DNA of 64,000 nucleotides from Candidatus Kapaibacterium sp. (GTDB lineage: Bacteria > Bacteroidota > Ignavibacteria > Kapaibacteriales > NICIL-2): the NCBI GenBank assembly GCA_046297095.1, contig JBKCNS010000005.1, positions 19,500-83,499 of the forward strand, given 5' to 3'. The notes under the pieces were generated by a model, which saw only the letters and a program-made list of their open reading frames with translations, was not told where the DNA came from and did not search any database. Below, piece by piece: positions 58,930 to 64,000 of this stretch. The first letter of the stretch is position 1; each line of letters opens with the position of its first letter. A program made the position numbers and the translations under genes.

Positions 58930-60162
58930 ATGAACAAGGTTGTGGTAAAAAATCCTGTAGTGGAGCTTGACGGCGACGAAATGACGCGTATCATTTGGAA
59001 GTTTATCAAGGACAAACTCATCCTCCCGTATTTGGATGTGGATATTCGATACTTCGATTTGGGGATTGAGCATCGCGACGCAACGGGCGACAAAGTAACC
59101 GTTGAAAGTGCCGAAGCAATCTTGGAACATCACGTGGGAATCAAGTGCGCCACCATTACGCCCGATGAAGCACGCGTGAAGGAGTTTAACCTGAAGCAAA
59201 TGTGGAAGTCGCCCAATGGTACTATCCGAAATATCTTGGATGGTACGGTGTTCCGCGAGCCCATTGTGTGCAGCAATATTCCGCGCTTGGTGCCTAATTG
59301 GACAGCGCCCATTTGTATAGGTCGTCACGCATTCGGTGATCAATACCGTGCTACCGATTTTGTTACAAAGGGAGCCGGTACGTTGAAGATTACCTACACG
59401 CCGGACGACGGCTCGCCCGCTCAGGAATACGAGGTGTATAAATTCAAAGGCGATGGTGTGGCGCTTGCCATGTATAACACCGACGAGTCCATTCGCGGCT
59501 TTGCTCGCGCATGCTGCAACCAAGCACTGAACAAAGGTTGGGACTTATACCTCAGCACCAAGAACACCATTCTGAAAAAGTACGATGGCCGCTTCAAGGA
59601 TATTTTCCAGGAAGTGTTCGAAACGGAATTCATCGATCGATTCACCGCCAAAGGCATCACCTACGAGCATCGCTTGATCGACGACATGGTGGCAAGTGCA
59701 CTGAAGTTCAACGGAAACTTTGTGTGGGCATGCAAGAATTACGACGGTGATGTTCAAAGCGATACCGTGGCGCAGGGATTCGGCTCGCTTGGGCTCATGA
59801 CCTCTGTGCTCGTAACGCCCGATGGCTCAACCATGGAAGCAGAGGCAGCTCACGGAACGGTTACACGTCACTATCGCACGCATCAAGAAGGTAAGCCCAC
59901 ATCTACCAATCCCATTGCATCCATCTTCGCATGGACACGCGGCCTGGAGTTTCGCGGTAAGCTGGACGGCAACGACGAGCTCATTCGCTTTGCTCATACG
60001 TTGGAGTCCGTGTGCGTAGATACGGTGGAGTCCGGAAAGATGACCAAAGACCTTGCTGTATGCGCCTTCGGAAGCAACGTGGAACACGGCAAACACTATC
60101 TGTACACAGAAGAGTTTCTTGATGTGCTCGATTCCACTCTGCGCAGTCGACTATCTGCTTAA
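58930..60162 (+). CDS. icd: NADP-dependent isocitrate dehydrogenase (eukaryotic IDH1/2-like type)
   Basis: ATG at 58930 verified. [17 protein letters not shown]…[10 protein letters not shown]…NGTIRN… along the full length. Confidence 0.9.
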   Translation: MNKVVVKNPVVELDGDEMTRIIWKFIKDKLILPYLDVDIRYFDLGIEHRDATGDKVTVESAEAILEHHVGIKCATITPDEARVKEFNLKQMWKSPNGTIRNILDGTVFREPIVCSNIPRLVPNWTAPICIGRHAFGDQYRATDFVTKGAGTLKITYTPDDGSPAQEYEVYKFKGDGVALAMYNTDESIRGFARACCNQALNKGWDLYLSTKNTILKKYDGRFKDIFQEVFETEFIDRFTAKGITYEHRLIDDMVASALKFNGNFVWACKNYDGDVQSDTVAQGFGSLGLMTSVLVTPDGSTMEAEAAHGTVTRHYRTHQEGKPTSTNPIASIFAWTRGLEFRGKLDGNDELIRFAHTLESVCVDTVESGKMTKDLAVCAFGSNVEHGKHYLYTEEFLDVLDSTLRSRLSA

Positions 60163-60193
60163 AGAGTAATGATCATCACTTCATGTGATGACA

Positions 60194-61060
60194 CTATACC
60201 CTCTTGGAATACACGCATACGATGTGCGAGCATTTGTTAATGAGTGAGTTAGCGATTGCGTCAACAACTCGCCATAGAGCATAAGGCAGAAAGCGCAGCA
60301 GCACATAGGTGCGTAAGTGCAGTAGGGCCTTGTTGCCGAAGATCTCGTAGCTCATGGATGTAGATGGCGAAAGCTGTTGCATCGTATGCTCGGTAAACGA
60401 GTGCAGATGCGCGTGCAATGGAGTGACGTTGTTGCAATGAATGCACAGCACAAACTTTCTGCGCTCGTTGTATGGCGTGGAGATTATACACCTTCCACCC
60501 GGCTTCAGCACTCGCAGTAGTTCTTTGAGAAAGGCGGCGGGGTCGGGAACGTGCTCAATTACCTCGGACGATACAACGCAATCGAAGGTGCCATCGGCAA
60601 AGGGCAAGGCGAAGGCATCGGCTACAACGGCGCAGTGATTGTTGTTTGGAATGGCTTGAAGAGCCTTTCGCGGGTTGGTGATTGAAACATCGAGCGAGCA
60701 GACCAGCGACGACTGTACGCTTAGAGCTCTTGCCACCCAAGCGCGCCCGCACCCTACATCCAGTACTGATGCGGTGTTGGGGGGAACTTGGCGTAAAACG
60801 GTTTGGCGTAAGCGATGCTCGTCGTGGTCGGTAGCGGCATCGCGCTCTTCGAAATAATCGAATGCTTGGGCGTCTGTTGCGTAGTGCTCGCGGTAATGGG
60901 TCGCACCATCTGTATGCGCGAGCATCACGGGAATACCATCCACAATAGCATAGCTCGAGCCATCATCAAAAATCACTGCATCATTACTCCATGATGCCGG
61001 CGATGTTCTTGTTTGCGGATCGACAAGATGACTGCGAAGAAACTCGTGAACGTGTGCCAT
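60194..61060 (-). CDS. class I SAM-dependent methyltransferase
   Basis: VLDVGCGRAWVA (motif I), …LPFADGTFDCVVSSEVIEHV… and …LKPGGRCIIS (Methyltransf_11-like). Confidence 0.7.
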   Translation of the reverse strand: MAHVHEFLRSHLVDPQTRTSPASWSNDAVIFDDGSSYAIVDGIPVMLAHTDGATHYREHYATDAQAFDYFEERDAATDHDEHRLRQTVLRQVPPNTASVLDVGCGRAWVARALSVQSSLVCSLDVSITNPRKALQAIPNNNHCAVVADAFALPFADGTFDCVVSSEVIEHVPDPAAFLKELLRVLKPGGRCIISTPYNERRKFVLCIHCNNVTPLHAHLHSFTEHTMQQLSPSTSMSYEIFGNKALLHLRTYVLLRFLPYALWRVVDAIANSLINKCSHIVCVYSKRV

Positions 61061-61098
61061 AGCGCTTTAGCGTAGATGATTTGAGCGTGTAAATACCA

Positions 61099-62127
61099 TT
61101 ACGGTAAAGGACGGCGAAGAGGATTGTGCAGACGAATATTCTCTGTAGTACATACTGCATGAATGCGCTTCACAAGTTCCTTTCGGACCTCGCCCATGCG
61201 CACGTATGAATCCACACTGCAAATGGCAACCATCTCGATATATCCGTCTTTCCACTCGCCAATGCGAATCAATGGCACAGGCTCGGCAAGGTATCCGGGA
61301 ATAGGAGCGTTTTCGGCTGTTGCCGAGTCCAGTACGTGCGTTATCAGCAACTCCACTTTGCTCAAATCCTCTTCCACACTTACTTGTACGGCAACTCTTA
61401 TTCTAAAATTTGGTGCGCCGGAAGCATATGCGGAAACAATTGCTTGCGAAAGCTTCGCATTGGGAACAATGAGCAGTGAATCGTCAAGTTTTCTGATGAG
61501 TGTGTTGCGCCAGCCGATATCTGCTACTGCGCCTTCGTTTCCATCGAACATAATCACATCCCCAACGCGAATCTGATTTGCTACCGTGATGTACATGCCG
61601 GCAAAGAGATTTGTGAGCGTCTCTTGAAGCGCAAGAGCCAAGGCCAAACCGCCCACACCAAGAGTGGCAAGCATGGCTGTGAGCTCTACACCAAAGGCGT
61701 CCAGCACTAAAGCGAGCCCAATGATGTATACAGTAATCTGAACCGTCTTCTCCAGAAGCGTTGTGGTGCTTGCACCATTGCCACGCCGTTCGGCTACTCG
61801 GTGAAGAATGCGTTTGGCTGTTCTGGCTACCATAATGGCCGCCACAAGAACACAGCATGCATGGTAAATCATCCCGATCACCGGTTGAACCGCTTCGGGA
61901 TAAACGCTATTCGGAATAAACAAGTCAACACCAATCAGAACACTAATCCAGATTATCGCAGTGCCTGCGTTTCGAGCAATAATATCTCCATCCAGAAATC
62001 CCGCCCGCTGCGCCACTCGCGCAATGATGGATTGCGAGACGAAGCGCAGTATCCATCCACTCGCAATGCTGAGCGCAACTACGAGTATCTGTCTGTTTAC
62101 CGGAAAGCCGGAGAGAAAATCATCCAT
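61099..62127 (-). CDS. mechanosensitive ion channel (MscS family)
   Basis: TM3-like helix LGVGGLALALALQETLTNLFAG, then the MscS beta-domain (…IRVGDVIMFDGNEGAVADIGWRNTLIRK…). Confidence 0.8.
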   Translation of the reverse strand: MDDFLSGFPVNRQILVVALSIASGWILRFVSQSIIARVAQRAGFLDGDIIARNAGTAIIWISVLIGVDLFIPNSVYPEAVQPVIGMIYHACCVLVAAIMVARTAKRILHRVAERRGNGASTTTLLEKTVQITVYIIGLALVLDAFGVELTAMLATLGVGGLALALALQETLTNLFAGMYITVANQIRVGDVIMFDGNEGAVADIGWRNTLIRKLDDSLLIVPNAKLSQAIVSAYASGAPNFRIRVAVQVSVEEDLSKVELLITHVLDSATAENAPIPGYLAEPVPLIRIGEWKDGYIEMVAICSVDSYVRMGEVRKELVKRIHAVCTTENIRLHNPLRRPLP

Positions 62128-62261
62128 GGGTACGGATATAGAATTGTACTCGTCGCAAATTACACCAGGGCGTGTACATCGCTGTGGTGTAGCGGGCTGA
62201 AGTGCATGCTGTATTTTGCGTCACGATACGCCTCAACTCGTCACAAATTCATCAGCAACAT

Positions 62262-63317
62262 ATGGCCACATCAACCATAGAAGAACAAGCGGTACGAGTG
62301 CTTCGTTTTCCGCTGATGGGTCTTGCAAGTGGCCTGGTGGTGATTAGTTTATTGGCCCTTGATTTCCGTATTGATACCATTCATATTGTTATCGCCATTG
62401 TGCTGTTCGCGGTAGCGCTCAGCGCTTCGTATCGCTTGGCCGATTCTCTTGCGCGCCGCTTTGCAGAGCACATTTCCTCGGCATTCGAGTTGCTTCGTCA
62501 ACAATCCGAAGCCACCTTGCAAACCGAGCGTCCATTGGAGTACTCTACGGATGTTACCGAAGCAATGGAACTGTCTGCCGTAACGCGCAGATTGGTGGAA
62601 CGCACGGCGGAAGTTCGGCAGGAAATGAAAAGACTGGAGCAGGTGCGCAGTCAATTCTTGGCGAATGTATCTCACGAGCTTCGCACACCGGTGTTTGCCA
62701 TTCAAGGATATCTTGAGACACTATTGGAAGGTGCGGAGAACGATGATAAAGTTCGCCACACATTTATAGATAAAGCACACGCGAATGCACGCCGATTGAA
62801 TGTGCTCTTGGGCGATCTCATCGACATTTCGCGCATCGAGTCCGGAGAAATGCGCATGAGTTTTCGCTTCTTCAATATTGTGGATGTGGCGCGCGAAGTA
62901 TGCTCGGCTCTCGAGGGTATGAGTACTGCGCAGAGCGTGAAGCTCAGTGTGGATGCGCCGCGAGAGGTACTTCCTGTGCTTGGTGATAAAGAGCGAATCA
63001 CACAGGTGCTATCAAACTTGGTATCGAATGCTATTCGCTACAACAAGCCGGACGGAAGCGTTGTTGTGCGCTTCGTAAGGGAAGATCAGTACATACGCAT
63101 CGAAGTGGAGGATACAGGTATAGGAATTCCCGAAGAGCATTTACCCAGACTCTTCGAGCGTTTCTATCGCATCGATTCCCATCGCTCACGCGCCACCGGC
63201 GGAAGCGGCCTTGGGCTGGCAATTGTGAAGCACATTCTGGAAGCGCACGAGACCGCGCCGGAGATTATCAGCAAAGAGAACGAAGGAACACGCATCGTGT
63301 TTCGTCTGCGGCATTAA
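62262..63317 (+). CDS. sensor histidine kinase (HisKA + HATPase_c), two N-terminal TM helices
   Basis: ATG at 62262 (the track start at 62202 is GTG). H-box FLANVSHELRTP. N/G boxes …NLVSNAIRYN…, DTGIGIPEEHLPRLFERFYR and GGSGLGLAIVK. Confidence 0.8.
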   Translation: MATSTIEEQAVRVLRFPLMGLASGLVVISLLALDFRIDTIHIVIAIVLFAVALSASYRLADSLARRFAEHISSAFELLRQQSEATLQTERPLEYSTDVTEAMELSAVTRRLVERTAEVRQEMKRLEQVRSQFLANVSHELRTPVFAIQGYLETLLEGAENDDKVRHTFIDKAHANARRLNVLLGDLIDISRIESGEMRMSFRFFNIVDVAREVCSALEGMSTAQSVKLSVDAPREVLPVLGDKERITQVLSNLVSNAIRYNKPDGSVVVRFVREDQYIRIEVEDTGIGIPEEHLPRLFERFYRIDSHRSRATGGSGLGLAIVKHILEAHETAPEIISKENEGTRIVFRLRH

Positions 63318-63362
63318 GGCTATTACAAGTAGCGATATAGAATCTACAGAAAGGAAAAGCGA

Positions 63363-64000
63363 ATGAACGGCATGATGGATACGAACATACATGGTGCATC
63401 GAATGCACTTCTCAACATGAACGGCACGGATGTACTTGCCATTGGTGCGCATCCCGATGATGTGGAAATAAGTGCCGGCGGTAGTGTGGCCAAGCTGGTG
63501 CGGGAAGGCAAGCGCGTGGTGATCGTAGACTGCACTCGCGGTGAGCAATCCACGCGAGGCACGGTGAGCGAACGTATGGCGGAAGCCTGCGAAGCTGCAG
63601 AGATTCTTGGCGTGCACAAACGCGAAGTGCTCGAGCTGCCCGACGGCTCTGTAGATACTCATCCGGATCATGTGTTGAGTGTGATTAGAATGTTTCGCAA
63701 ATACCGCCCGCGCATAGTACTCATGCCGCCCGCATTCGAGCGTCATCCTGATCACGAAGCAGTGCATCGTTTGTGCCGCAGGGCATACTTTCTGAGCGGT
63801 CTGACGAAAATTGAAACTATGGATGGCGGTGAACCGCAAAAGCCCTTCAGGCCTACCTTTATGTTTTGCTATATCCAGGCCTATCATCACGAGGCGGATT
63901 TTTTTGTGGATGTTTCGGAAACCTATCAAACCAAGCTGGACTCCATTCGTGCATTTCGTTCGCAGGTGCACATTCCCGATGCATCTTCAAGGCCCGAGCC
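63363..64000 (+). CDS. PIG-L/LmbE-family N-acetylglucosaminyl deacetylase (BshB-like), 3' end beyond window
   Basis: Hand-translated from the ATG at 63363: MNGMMDTNIHGASNALLNMNGTDVLAIGAHPDDVEISAGGS…HPDH… has the PIG-L metal-binding motifs. No stop before 64000. Confidence 0.7.
   Translation, partial: MNGMMDTNIHGASNALLNMNGTDVLAIGAHPDDVEISAGGSVAKLVREGKRVVIVDCTRGEQSTRGTVSERMAEACEAAEILGVHKREVLELPDGSVDTHPDHVLSVIRMFRKYRPRIVLMPPAFERHPDHEAVHRLCRRAYFLSGLTKIETMDGGEPQKPFRPTFMFCYIQAYHHEADFFVDVSETYQTKLDSIRAFRSQVHIPDASSRPE

Noticed and set aside
60170-60195. Short hairpin (tcatcac…gtgatga) between converging icd and methyltransferase genes
   Set aside because: 7-bp stem without flanking A/T runs. Too weak to call a terminator
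63186-63971. 261-aa - strand ORF at the window end
   Set aside because: Antisense to the PIG-L deacetylase reading frame, which has clear family motifs. Shadow ORF

Overview
This is a GC-rich chromosomal segment (about 55-60% GC by eye) from an FCB-group bacterium, probably Bacteroidota/Chlorobiota/Ignavibacteriota-like. The placement rests on four proteins ending in T9SS (type IX secretion system) C-terminal sorting domains, DUF1573 proteins, OmpA with thrombospondin type-3 repeats, and a bacillithiol-type deacetylase. I can support about 50 protein-coding genes and one tRNA-Glu(TTC). There is no CRISPR array, transposase, integrase or other mobile element, and codon usage looks uniform, so this is core genome, not an island. 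Housekeeping genes dominate: selD, a pntAA-like transhydrogenase dI subunit, acpS, pyrE, nusB, coaE, trxA, scpA/scpB, alr, tatD, upp, icd, ctaA, a cysteine desulfurase and an RsmB-like rRNA methyltransferase. The region holds no classic anti-phage or toxin gene. The most unusual locus is the TatD read-through into a signal peptide plus candidate outer-membrane beta-barrel domain (50815..52281). The remaining second-look items are (1) a histone-H1-like lysine/alanine-rich protein fused to a degenerate DksA/TraR zinc finger; (2) a 3-hydroxyanthranilate 3,4-dioxygenase plus ACMSD pair next to a full-length eukaryote-like ABCC transporter co-oriented with pyrE-acpS; (3) two paralogous giant T9SS cargo proteins of 1396 and 1427 aa sharing a Cys-containing repeat family, flanking an HD-GYP response regulator, a secreted redoxin-like protein and a cysteine desulfurase; (4) an exported rhodanese-thioredoxin fusion lipoprotein next to trxA; (5) many short tandem repeats in intergenic spacers. 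Many ORFs in the supplied track are antisense shadows inside real genes and were rejected. Some ORF-track starts are GTG/TTG translated as M; where I could verify an ATG in the raw sequence I moved the start to it.
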